Shown: piece by piece, positions 50,778 to 62,484 of the stretch
Layout of the letters: the number at the start of each line of letters is the position of its first letter
Numbering within the stretch: position 1 is the first letter of the stretch
Origin: Callorhinchus milii
Lineage: Eukaryota
Assembly (NCBI RefSeq): GCF_018977255.1
Contig: NW_024704743.1
Span: forward strand, 37,202,001 to 37,266,000
DNA: 64,000 nt
Direction: 5' to 3'
The notes under the pieces: generated by a model
Database searches by the model: none
What the model was told of the DNA's origin: nothing
The model's input: the letters and a program-made list of their open reading frames with translations, nothing else
Translations under genes and position numbers: made by a program

Positions 50778-53079
50778 GTCAGTATTACGGGGGGGGGTTA
50801 ATAAGATTCATTAATTACAGTAAAACTTGCCATAAGTCTGATCTGTATAAACCTTATAATTGCCTAAATCAGACGTATGCCCAAGTCCCGTTCAAGAGTT
50901 TATAATTTGGCTAATTTACCAGACACAACTGCTCACTCCTCATACCCTTTAAATATACAGGCACCACTACTTCAAGCTTCTATCCAATTCATTTTGAAAT
51001 AAATTATGAATTCCACATTTCAACCATCCTCTGCGTAAAGATATGTTTTCTAACCTCCCCTTTAATATAATAATAATCTTTGTATTTCCATGTCAGGAGG
51101 ACATATTAAGTGCTTCACAGGATATATTGTAAAGTGTAGTGGCTGTGCATTTGTAGGCAAACACTGCAGGCAATGTGTGCTCAGTAATGTCCCATAAACA
51201 CAAGCGAACATTCTGCTAACTTTCACTATTGGAGTATTGGGTAAAGTATAATCACTGGGGTCTACTGGCGCTACGTGTAACTCTACCCCAGAAAATGCTA
51301 GACTCCTGAATCTTTTATTGGCAACATTTGTGCTGTATTGAGTCAGCTGAACGATTGTGTTGCTGATCCATCTGGTTTGACAGGTAACATAAGGAACATG
51401 TTTTGCCTTAGTTTGTGATATCAGATTAGTTTGTTGACAGCAGGGAAATGCATAACATTTGATAACAAATTCTGGCATACATTCAGGAATTAAACCTGTG
51501 CATGATATACCTGAAGGAATCCGTAAATAAACATGAAGGAATTTAAAATCCTTTGCAATGCATTTCTTGGCTACAAGGTATGCAGTCACACCATTTGACA
51601 GTGAAATCTTGCGGAGCATTTTGAGACAGTCCTCATGAGGTGAAGGACAAATGCAAAAAATATTATTATTATTGGCTGTCGTACAGACTGCATAGAGCAG
51701 TCCTCACTCAGCATGTGGCTCCTGTCACTTAATGAATGACATTGAGCAGAATCACATCATGGTGTCAGATTGTTTTCTGACTTATTTGGGAGTCATTGTG
51801 AGGTGGGAAAAATCATTGTCTTCACGTATTACAAGTTGTCAAAAGATTTGCTAACCAAAAGATTTGCTAATTTGCTAAATATCTCTGGGTTTGGAACATC
51901 TCATTCTCCCAACTTGTACACAATTGCGCAAAACTAAACAATTACTGATTTTACAGTGTCTAATTTCCACAATTTACTGAATATTTTATTGACTGGTTGT
52001 AGGAGGCACCAGCCTCCTGCTCGTCCCTCGCACCCTCCGCCCCACCATCAGAGGTCACACTTTCAGCTGCTACGCCCCAAAACTCTCTCCTTCAATCTCT
52101 GCCTTGCCCCCACTCTCTCCCCTCTTTCAAGTCCCGCCTGAAGACTTTCCTGTTCGACCGTGCTTACGGCTGCCTCCCCCTTCCTCGGAGTCAGGCTTCG
52201 CCACTGTTAGGTGCTCTGAGACGCTACCCTGTGTGGGAGGCGCTATATAAGTGCAAGTTGTTGTTGTAGTGTTTACTGATTCATTTATCGACTAGTTCTG
52301 TGGGCTAATTGTATAATATTTTCTGTAATTCTGTAGTTTATTAATTCATGTATTGAATAGTTTGGGATTTTACTGAATAATGTATTCATGAGAAATATTG
52401 ATTTAATTTTTGGACAAGTTTTAGAGTTTATTCATTTAATTCATTGTCTAGGCCTAGAGTTGCCTGATTAATATATCACCTTATTTACTGAAGTCTACAA
52501 TTTACTGCTGGCAAAATATGAGGGACTAGCTTTTAGAATTTGTTTGTAAACTGTTTCCCATCTCAATAAGTTAATACTGAGCCTTCCATCAATGCGTCTG
52601 GTAAACTGGTCAACAAAATTCTAAAACTATTTGGGATTTTGGTCAGGAATTCCAAGAATGTTGCCAGCATCCATTGACTTCATGTGGATGGGGTGATTGA
52701 ATGCAGGCACAGATTCAGGCCTAAATGTTCTCCTTCATGTTCAGGCTCAAGGAAAATGTGTGTCAACAGCCAGTAGCAGTGAGGATCAAGGAGGAAACTA
52801 GATTTTCTGTAACCTTCTCATCTGAGGAACGATGGGGAAAGCATGGGAAATATGGTGCAGGTGCACACTGGATTTCCTTTGTCATTTGTTAAACATCAGT
52901 GTCAGATTGGTGGGCGATTCCCTGTTTTGGGGTTGCTTTCACACATCTCCTAGCTGACCAGTGCCACTGCTGGAAGCCACAAACAGGTCCCGCTTTCTCC
53001 CCTCTTGGCCAGGATCAGTATCGCAATAAGAGATGACAAGTGTGACTTAGCAATAAAGTAATTGTCTGTGTTTCTTTAG

Positions 53080-53148
53080 GGTTCTGATGAAACAATTCGC
53101 GTTGTTTCCATGGATAAGGACTACCACGTGGAATGCTATCAGTGTGAG
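53080..53148 (+). CDS. LIMD1: LIMD1 exon 7 (LIM3)
   Basis: tttctttag|...|gtaggt. Encodes GSDETIRVVSMDKDYHVECYQCE. 69 nt, phase 0-0. Confidence 0.97.
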
Positions 53149-54924
53149 GTAGGTCACTGCATTTAAAGAGGTAATAGAACAAAGGCCTCATAAATGAATG
53201 TTTAAATGCCTTAGATTTGGGGAATGCATGCTCTCTGATCATTTTAATATCCGCTATTTCTGTCTTCATAAATAGTAGTCTCTTGGCAAACAATGATATC
53301 TGTGTATTTTCAACACACTATTATTTAGTGAGGGCATTTTGCCTTAGTTTAAGTGTGTGTAACTTTAGCACTCACTTCACTAGCTTTTCCTTTCCATGCT
53401 GAACCTGTCTGGTGTCTGTTGTGCACCATGTGTATTTTGCTCCATGTGTAAACCTTGGGCCTGTGAGGGAAAAGCAGGTGGTCTTAATTATATCATTTAA
53501 CAACCTAATGAAAAGATTAGTTTTGAATTGAGCAATAAATCTTTTTCATTGTTTTTTCTACGTGAAAAGTGCCATATAAATGTAATTTTGTCGTCGTTGG
53601 TTAATGACACGATTACAGCACTTAAGTTTCCCTCTGTGCACGTGGTTTATATGTGTCATATACCTGGTTTAACATGGCCCTGTGTGTGTGGATTCACTTT
53701 TTATCTTGTCTACACTTCTCCTCACTACCTCTATGAGCTGCTAACTCCATACTGAGCTGGACACCTCCTCCGCTCAGCGGGCTCCTTCCTGCTCCAGGTT
53801 CCCTGTCCGGCCCAACTCACCAATCGGTGTCGGGCCTTCAGCCTCTCGGCTCCCACCCTTTGGAACTCCATCCCACAGTCCCTTTGTCTCGTTGGCTCCA
53901 TTCCTGATCTCTGTCTTATATCTTTGTAGAAAGCTGTGTATGGTGGAGGGGGGATTAAGTGAGGACATAGAGGGAGGGAGGGGACGCAGAGTAAATTAGG
54001 TCAGGGCACAGGAGGAAGAGCTGGAGAAAATGGCAAGAACAGTGGGATCCATTGTGGGTNGGGGGAAACTGAGGGGTCTTCAAGAGAGCTGGTGGGGGTG
54101 ATGCCAGCAGAATGTTATCACTCAATAAAGACATATTATCCCTCGTCCCGAACACAAACGGAACTAAAGAGAAAATACTAAAGAGAATATCAATGTTTAA
54201 CAAATGACAAAGGAAATCCGGTGTGTACCCGCACCATATTTCCTTCCAATGCTTTCCCCATCGTTGCTACAGCTACAGAATTCATTATGCATTTCAAAAA
54301 GTAGGCTTTGCGCGTCACCTTGAGAGCAGAAAGCTCACCAGTTCAGTCTGTGAACCGGTCTGTATTAAGTCGGGTGTGGCTTTTGAGATGATCTGAGACG
54401 ATGTTTGATACAAATATCCAGTTGGCAATTGGCCAACATCACTGCATTCCACAACTGACTATTCTCAGCAATAATGCTATCGTGTGAGGACTGCTTGTTA
54501 ATAGGGGAGTCAGGAGGCTACCACACAGAGAAGGGAGAGGGGTGGCGACAGTTCCACAGAGGGGGAAGGTGGGTGAAGGTGAATTATAATATGGGCTTAA
54601 TTAGCTTTTTGTCCACTTGGCTGAAGTAGGACATCTTTCTTGCACACATTCAGTAAAGTCCCTTTCGGCCCTGGGATCCGTTATTGTGAAGCGCTCTGAG
54701 ACGCCGTTCGGCGTGGAGGGCGTTATATAAATCCAAGTTGTTGTTACCACCTTATTCCTGCCTTTTTTATCGGTCTGCGATATATAGGGAGATATATTTA
54801 GTTGCTGACGTCAGTGCAGTGAGCTCACCACAGAATGGCATGCTGATTTCCTGTGACCTGCTCTAGTAGTCAGTTAACTTTGTATCCTGTCTACACTTCT
54901 CTTCCCTATCTCTGTGACCTGCAA

Positions 54925-55895
54925 TATGATCTCCATCACATTGCCCGCCTCCGTCCATACATCACAACTAACGCAGCAGAAAACTTCATCCATGCCTTTG
55001 TCACTTCCTGGCTGAACTATTCCGATGCCCTCCTTGCTGGTTTCCCCAGCTCCACAATACACAACATTCAATTAAAAACTCCACGCGGATACTCACCCAC
55101 ACAAAACTCCATACCCCCATTACACCAGCCCTAGCCAGACTCCACTGGCTCCCAATTGACGAACGGATCAACTTCAAGATCTGCTCACTTGTTTTCAAAT
55201 CCCTTCATTCCCTCGCACCTCCCTCCCTATCCAATCTGCTTACCCCCACTCCACATCCCGCTGACTCCGCTTGGCTTCGGCCTCCTGTTTGTTTCTCGTC
55301 CCCTCCGCTCCACCATTGGCAGGGCCTTTGGCCATCAGCCTCTACGCCCTGAAGGTCTGGAACTCTCTCCTTCAACTTTCGCCTTGCCCCCCTGCCTACC
55401 CCTCTTTCAAACCCGCCTAAAGACCTTCCTTTTTAATCTTGCTTACGTTCATAGGTAAGCACAATCAAAACTCCCCTGGCTGATTGCCCACCTCCGTCCG
55501 TACACCGCAACTAACACAGCAGAAAACCTTGTCCCTCTCCCGCTGGCTCATTGTTAGATTCCACCATTGTCAAGCTCTCTGGGACGCTACCCCGGGTGAA
55601 GGGCGCTATATAAATGCAAGTTGTTGCTAACTCTATACTGATCTGTCCGCTCTCCCTGCTCAGCACTCTCCGGCCCGCTCCATGTTCCCCGTCCGGCCAG
55701 CCCCACCATTGGAGGTCAGGCCTTCAGCCTCTCTGCTCTCACCCTCTGGAACTCCATCCCACAGTCCATTCGCCTCGCTCCCCCCCTTGCCTCCTTCAAG
55801 GCCCGTCTAAAATCCCTCCACTTCCACCGGGTCTTCGGCACTCTCCTACCTCTACCCTCCCTAATCCCAACCCCCAGCTTGGGTCTCTGGATGTC
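54925..55895 (+). mobile_element. Tandem L2 3' fragments ending ~20 bp before the LIMD1 exon 8 acceptor
   Basis: HHIARLRPYIT..FIHAFVTSWLNYSDALLAGFP. A second fragment lies at 55640-55895. Confidence 0.85.
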
Positions 55896-55915
55896 ATCGT
55901 TCTCTCTCTTTCCAG

Positions 55916-56050
55916 GAATGTGGCATGGAGCTGAATGATGAGGAGGGTCACCGTTGCTTCCCGCTGGATGGACACTTGCTTTGCCATGCCTGCCACCTCA
56001 AACACATTGACAATGGGATGCCTAGCTCCATTTACCATCCGAAATATTAG
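55916..56050 (+). CDS. LIMD1: LIMD1 exon 8, last coding exon (end of LIM3 and stop)
   Basis: Acceptor tctctctttccag. Encodes ECGMELNDEEGHRCFPLDGHLLCHACHLKHIDNGMPSSIYHPKY*, with TAG at 56048-56050. Confidence 0.97.
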   Translation, partial: ECGMELNDEEGHRCFPLDGHLLCHACHLKHIDNGMPSSIYHPKY

Positions 56051-56431
56051 CCGCTCCCACAGGTGGCTAGTGCAGGCCTGATCCACTTCAATATTGAAGC
56101 CACCCTTAGGACACTGAGGGCCATAGAGACCCCAATGATGCCTGGGGTTTGAGTGACTGTTTTGCACAGAGCTCTGTTCAGGTGCTGGAGAAGAGCGGCC
56201 TGGAATGGGGAAGCCTTCAGCTACTGCCGAGTAGTGAAATGGAGCATATTTTTATTTAAACAAAACGTGCTGTGAAACGCTATTTTACTGAATTCTAAAC
56301 ACCACCAAAGCGTGACTTTGTTTGGTGACTGCGTTAAGCCACAACAGGCCTCCAAAGTGTATTTAAAGGCAGACTTGTGTGTGAAGCTTCTGACATTATT
56401 AGTGAGTCTTTCGGAGACTCACAAGACCTGT

Positions 56432-59400
56432 AATAAAGAAACTTTGACTGAATGAACTTTACAGAAGAAAGAAATCCATGAAGAAAGGTCACGCATGGGA
56501 GTAGCACATAAATCACTCATGACTGGAACCGGGGACCTGAAATCGCTCATGATCTTAGCCTTAAAACTATTGTTTGAAAATTTAAGCTTGTGCAGCATTT
56601 TGGAAAATGTTTACATTTCTGGATTTGGGAGTCGGATTTCTCGCATTACCCTAAAAAAAATTGTGAAAAAAACAGCTTCCAAACTAAGACCGAATTTGAG
56701 GATTTTCCAAACCATCATATGATCTTAAAATTTTGAGACTGCAAGGAATTTCGAGCCACAAAACTCTCTCACGGATCAACAAATCAACGGCTGTTGCCAG
56801 TGCTGAATGATCCGATCTTGGACATCCCGGATACACTTCACTCTCATCACGTGATCTTTGAGAGCCAAGAATTTTGTGTCAGCGCGCCAGAACATAGCAT
56901 CCATCATCTATGAAAACCATTATCTTTACACAGAGATAGTACAGTATTGTAAATGAAAGGGTTGATTCACATAGATGTTTCAGACACTGTCTGGTTCTCA
57001 CCAACTAACCCATATATATGTTGTGAGCTGAGCCGCTGACACAAGCACCACTTTGTGAAACAGATAATACAACAAAAATACATGTGATCAATTTACTGTA
57101 GGTCATAATTTTTTTCTGCCAGTTTTTCTTCCCTCTCTTGAAGTTGCTTTGATGACTTTTTCTTTCTACTGGGATCCAGTTCTATTTCTGTGGGACCATT
57201 ACTCATGTGGCCATTATTTGTGTGAGCCTCAGCAGCCAGTTTGCATTGGCAGTTCATCCCCAGGGAGCACTACAGCCCTGTACCACCCTGCCTGTCCTCA
57301 CCCAAGGTCCACGTACACATGCCTCTTCCAGCTGGAGGCCTCTGAATAGCAATGCCCCCACCAACTAAGCCAATTGTAGCACTTCCATCTGTTGCCCAGG
57401 TGAGATCAAGCAATTCTGTCAATGCAGATCAAGATCCAAACCTGGACAGTTAATTGCTGAACAGATGCCTTGACCCACTAGGACCTGTAGCTTATAGTTC
57501 CAATGGGTAAAGACACCTGGTCACCAATTGACTGTCCAAACGTGGATCTTGATCCACATTGATTGAGTTGCTTGATCTCATAGGGCAATAGATGGGAGTG
57601 CTGCAATGTGTGTGTGTGGACCTCGGGCAGGACAGACAGGGAGTTGTAGCTGGTAATTAAAACATTCCAAAGTTGGGTGTTCAAGAGGCTCAGTGGTTTA
57701 TCTGTCCTTTCACGTCTGGGGCATTGGGTTTGTATCCAGACTAATGCGTTGAAAGTTTCCTCTCATTTGACTGGAAGGGTCTTGTTCCTTGAAGATGAGG
57801 CCCAAGGTACAAACTGGTCAATATTAGGGCATGGTCAATAGTGTGCTCAGTCACTATGAAGCAGCTGGAAATGCTCAAATGAACTGGATTACAGCTTTTG
57901 GTCGGAATTTTCCAGGTGATGACAGAATCGTGTTCGAGTCTTTTGAATGATCTCTTTGTCCTATGCAACTTGAGTTTATAAAGTGCCCTTCACACAGGAT
58001 AGTGTCTCGGAGACCTACCCCCTCCCCGTCAGTGAAAGTCACCTCTTGAGGTATGGAATTTTACATTTATTTCATTTAAGGGAAGGAGGTACATTCCCAA
58101 GCTGTTATCCTGCATGAAGGGCACGTATAAATGCAAGTTGTTGTCGTCAGTGGTGGGTGAATAGCTATTGGAAAGTAAATCCTGGCAGCTCCACAGCACT
58201 GTGAATCCCCAGTATCGTACTCAAGGACCCGTTTTGCAAATCTGACCTTAGACCATGAGGTCCATTGTGCTCCGAAGCCAAAATTAGCAGCCTTCACTGC
58301 TACACGTTTATAGTGGGAGCCAACCATTGTCAACATGTGCAGAAAAGATTGCCATTGCTGGCAAACGCAGTGTAATAGCCTGCAGTGTTAGCAGAATGTT
58401 CAGCAGCTACCAAACCCACTCCAGCTTTCATCACTCACACGCGTCTCACACACACTAACTAGCACAAGTCACTCAAATAACGAATATGTCTGTGAATTTA
58501 ACTCCCATTTTTTTTCATCTCTTCCCTAGCTCATAAGTGATGAAGGCAATCTACCACTGCCCTAAGTTAGCTCAGCTAATTCAGCACAAACCAGGGATTT
58601 CAACCCGAGACCATTCCTGATCTGCACAGCTCAGTACCTCACTGGAATGCAGAATTTCTCACTGATCCAGCGGTGGATTTGCATATGTTATTTGATGTCT
58701 CATGAAATTATCTAGGTATGAGATTAAATGGCTCTTTCATTCTCCTACCCTCCCCTCCCCCCAGTTCATTATGCCATTATGTGGGCGGCTAATCCTTTGA
58801 ACATTTTAGAGGCATCAATGATAAGGCCATCAGATTGTAAAGCGTTTAAAATATTTTGCAGATGAAGCAACATACTAAGGAACAATTTTGATCCAATAAA
58901 TCCAACATAAGTGCATGAGAATGCATTGTGGTATAAATATCCTGGAGCTTTATATGCAGTAATGGTGCCAGCAAGCTGCTTGTTGAGTGTGATTTTAATC
59001 AGTTTACAGCCCATTATTCCAGCATAAAACACACTGGAATGTTTACGATGTCTATTTACAATGGTGGAGTGCAGCCATTCAGTTGTGTCTGTGGAATGTG
59101 TGTTAGTCCTTACTGAATGCCCACATTCTCTCAGCTGGTTAATATCTAATGCTGCATATTAAATGGGTGGAGAGGGGGGAGTGGGGGGCTGTGCAACGTC
59201 AAAACCTTGCAAAGTACTTCACAGTGAACGGCTTGCAAGTTGGCATTCCAGGTTTTAAATTCTCATGTTTGGTTTTGGCCCCAACAAAGTGATGTATTTC
59301 TGAAGCGCTCCGAGATGTTATCTTAGGTGAAGAGTGTTGTACAAATGCAAGTTGCTTTTGTATGTAAATGTGGCAAATATATATGTAAGATGATGAGCTG

Positions 59401-61444
59401 ATTGCTTTGTGAAACACTAGCAGCAGATTTAAGACAAGAGTTCCAGTCATTGTTTACAATAGCAAAAAGCTCTGCTCAGCAATGTAAAGTGTGCTGATAA
59501 AAATATGTCATCCGAACAGCCATCACAATTGAATTGCTGGATTGGACAGGGTTGTAAATGATGGAACGAAGCCCTCCAAATCCATATAAAATCATAGAAA
59601 TGTATGACACTGTAGGAAGCCTCTCGGCCCATTTTTACGGGTTGATGTTCCTTGAAGCATTCATCCCAATGCTATATTGTGTGGGTGAATTATTATATTA
59701 AAAAAAGTATTATTTTTCACTAAATACTGGATTTCTGCGTTCAGAGTTTTAAGAAAGGAAACTCTTGGAATTAAAATTGAATCCTAACTCCACCGTGTCA
59801 TGGGTATAACCTGAAGTGCCTTCTGGAGTTGAATCAGCACTAACAGTGTTCGTAACCAGGTATAACACTTCTCTGGTGAGATGGGGGTGGTGGGGGGGGG
59901 GGGGGGAGCGGTTAAGAAGCCTTTGAGCATCTCATCTTGGGGACGAGGAGAAAAAATCTGCACCTCTCCATTCAGTCAACTACTCATAAGGCAAATGGAA
60001 TTGTGAAAATTGCTGGAAAAAACACTACTTTGGCTGCAACTTATTTGGCGTCAAGAAACTGCTCAGGTTTCTCGTCCTGGCGCTTAATAATAATAATAAT
60101 AATAATAATCCTTGCATTTGATATAGCGCTTTTCACGTCGGGAGGACATCCCAAAGCGCTTCACAGAACACACTGTAAAGTGAATTGACTTTTTGTGGGC
60201 GAACGCGGCAGCCAATTAATAATAAGCCACCTATCAGTGCTCTCAAAAGAAATGGAGAAGTTCAGAGCTTGCTCATACCCAAAGTGTGTGTGGGGGGAGG
60301 GGGGGCAAAAGCAAATGTAACGCCCAATGTTAGAAAACGTTACTTCATAGAGATGAGCAATGTTCCCTATTCTTCCAATTGGAGAGCAGTAGGAAGGATC
60401 CCAGTTGTATTATTACCTGATCTGTCAATGATTATCTTGAGAGTCTCTGTCCAACTCTGCACTTCTTAAGTTTGTTTTTTTAGGGGAACATATTTTAGTG
60501 CTCAAGAAATGTAATGCTTCAAATCATCATCACGGCTTTGAACCATGGAGTAAAAAAATTAAGGAACTGATGTTCGGAATTAAAAAAAGAGACTGTGTGT
60601 TAACTTAAGCACTGTTAAACCTGTTGTGGAGGGAAGGCTGTTCAGAGGGAATGCCTTGATTTTAAATGATTTGAATGTAATGTTCTGACTTTGAGATCCT
60701 TTAATTCTCTAACTGGTGTTGAACTTTATGATCATGAGTACACTAATTTTATTTCTGGTGACCATGGTGAATATGGCGCTTTAGTTATAATTGATGTAAC
60801 ATTGATTACACTTCACAGTAGCCAAACATCTATGCCACGATGTTTTGCTGCAATTGGTGGGTTTCCAACAAACCTTGTGCTGTTCTCAGTATATGTGCTG
60901 CTTCACTCTGTGCAATGCTCAAAGTGGTCTCGTTCATTATCCTTATACTCAACAACTAAAAATTAGACTTCGTATAATGAATTTGTTAAGAAATATTATT
61001 TAAGGTTTTAAAAGTTAAGAACGGAAGCAAAATATTGTTCAGATGGAGTGCCTTGTTTATGTTTGCCTTTATGTATTTCTCACATTATTAGTTAATAAAG
61101 CAGATAACAGATTAGGGTGAAGCATTTTTAAAGGGATGGGACTGGTGGAGACAACAGTGCAAACATTCATGGAAACGTAGAAGATTTGAATGTAATGTTG
61201 TGACTTTGTCCTCCTTCATTCCTCTAACTGGTGTTGTATTTTATTGATCACTAGTACATCAAACTTATTTCTGCTGACCAAGGTTAACACAGACAACTCC
61301 TGATAACTTGACCCTGGCTTAACTTGTCACGACCACTTAAGTCATCATTCTGTCAGCATTTATTTACATATTTCTACGTATGCCTAACTCACCAGTGACT
61401 CTGTTTACTGTAACTTTTGGAACATTGAATTTGTGTTTATTAAA
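56432..61444 (+). terminator. LIMD1: Span holding candidate LIMD1 polyA signals (proximal 56432-56437; distal 61094-61099 and ATTAAA 61439-61444)
   Basis: Hexamer matches only. The true 3' end cannot be fixed from the sequence. Confidence 0.3.
60084..60216 (-). mobile_element. Young 5'-truncated SINE downstream of the LIMD1 stop
   Basis: Family 3' end. TTAATAATAA on both sides (60084-60093 and 60216-60225). Confidence 0.9.
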
Positions 61445-61769
61445 ATCAGCGTGATTACCAACCAAACATCCCCCAAAATACCTGGATTCATGCATCCTGT
61501 GCCACAATATTTTGCTGGATTTGGTGTGTTTCTGTCAAACCCTGTGTGGTTCTCATGAAGCGCCATGGAAGATGAAATTTCCTTTAGTTGTTCAAAGTTA
61601 GCATTTTATCTTCTGATTCTTCTTTTGCCCTCTATCTCTTCAATTTACAACGTGTATGAATGCACGCGCACACACACACACAATCACTCAATCCTTGGGG
61701 GGGATGCACAATGCAAACAGCCGCGCTGAGGCAAGCCCAAGCTTGTCAGTTTTTTTTCTATTAAAAATG

Positions 61770-62000
61770 AAGTAACCGAGCTGTGCAGATCACAAATATC
61801 CCTGTTACAGTTTGGGTTTGTGTTGGGTTTCTAGTCCTGGTTGAGGAGCCGAAAACAAATCAAGCAGGGATCCACTGACCCCTACTGGAGATGTGGGCAG
61901 GATCAGCCTTGACTGCAACACTGGTGGTTAAATAACCTGGGGACACCTTTAACATGTGAATAATGGCCATTTGGATCCTAGAGGTTACATGGATCTGTCC
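61770..62000 (+). repeat. Ancient unclassified SINE-like dispersed repeat
   Basis: Shares motifs (CCACTGACCCCTACTGGA, GAGCTGTGCAGATCA) with reverse-orientation fragments at ~12060-12220, 34545-34610 and 58510-58650. Related pieces at ~17140-17200 and 57350-57450. Confidence 0.45.
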
Positions 62001-62484
62001 TCCAGCAGAAAGCAAAAAAGGGGTGAAACACCCTCAGAAGATTAGATAAAATTTCACAGCACCTAAATGGGCCATTCACCAGCCTGTAATGATAGCGAAG
62101 AGTAGCTCCTGAAGACTGCTCTTACAACCCACAACACACCAGAAATCTGATTAAAGGGAGTAAGAAATGTCCAGCCCACACATGGATCTAACTGCAGCGT
62201 ATCTGACATGCAGTTAAACTCAAACTCTGATGCTGCAAATGCTCAAACCGGTGAAACCATTTTTCACAATGGGATGCTGTACACTTTGGTTTCCACCAGC
62301 AGAACAACAACCTAACATGCATCATTAGGTCACCTGGATGGTCACTAAGCTCTCCGAGACGCTGCCCAGTGTCAAGAATGCTATATAAATGTAAGGTGTT
62401 TTAAAATACTTTGGTAGTCAGGACAACTCACTGATACAAACTGCTTCCAACCTCCATAATCTTCAGCGATTCAAAATATAACAA

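Noticed and set aside
54060..54060. Single N base
   Set aside because: Assembly ambiguity. It only shows that consensus quality is imperfect.
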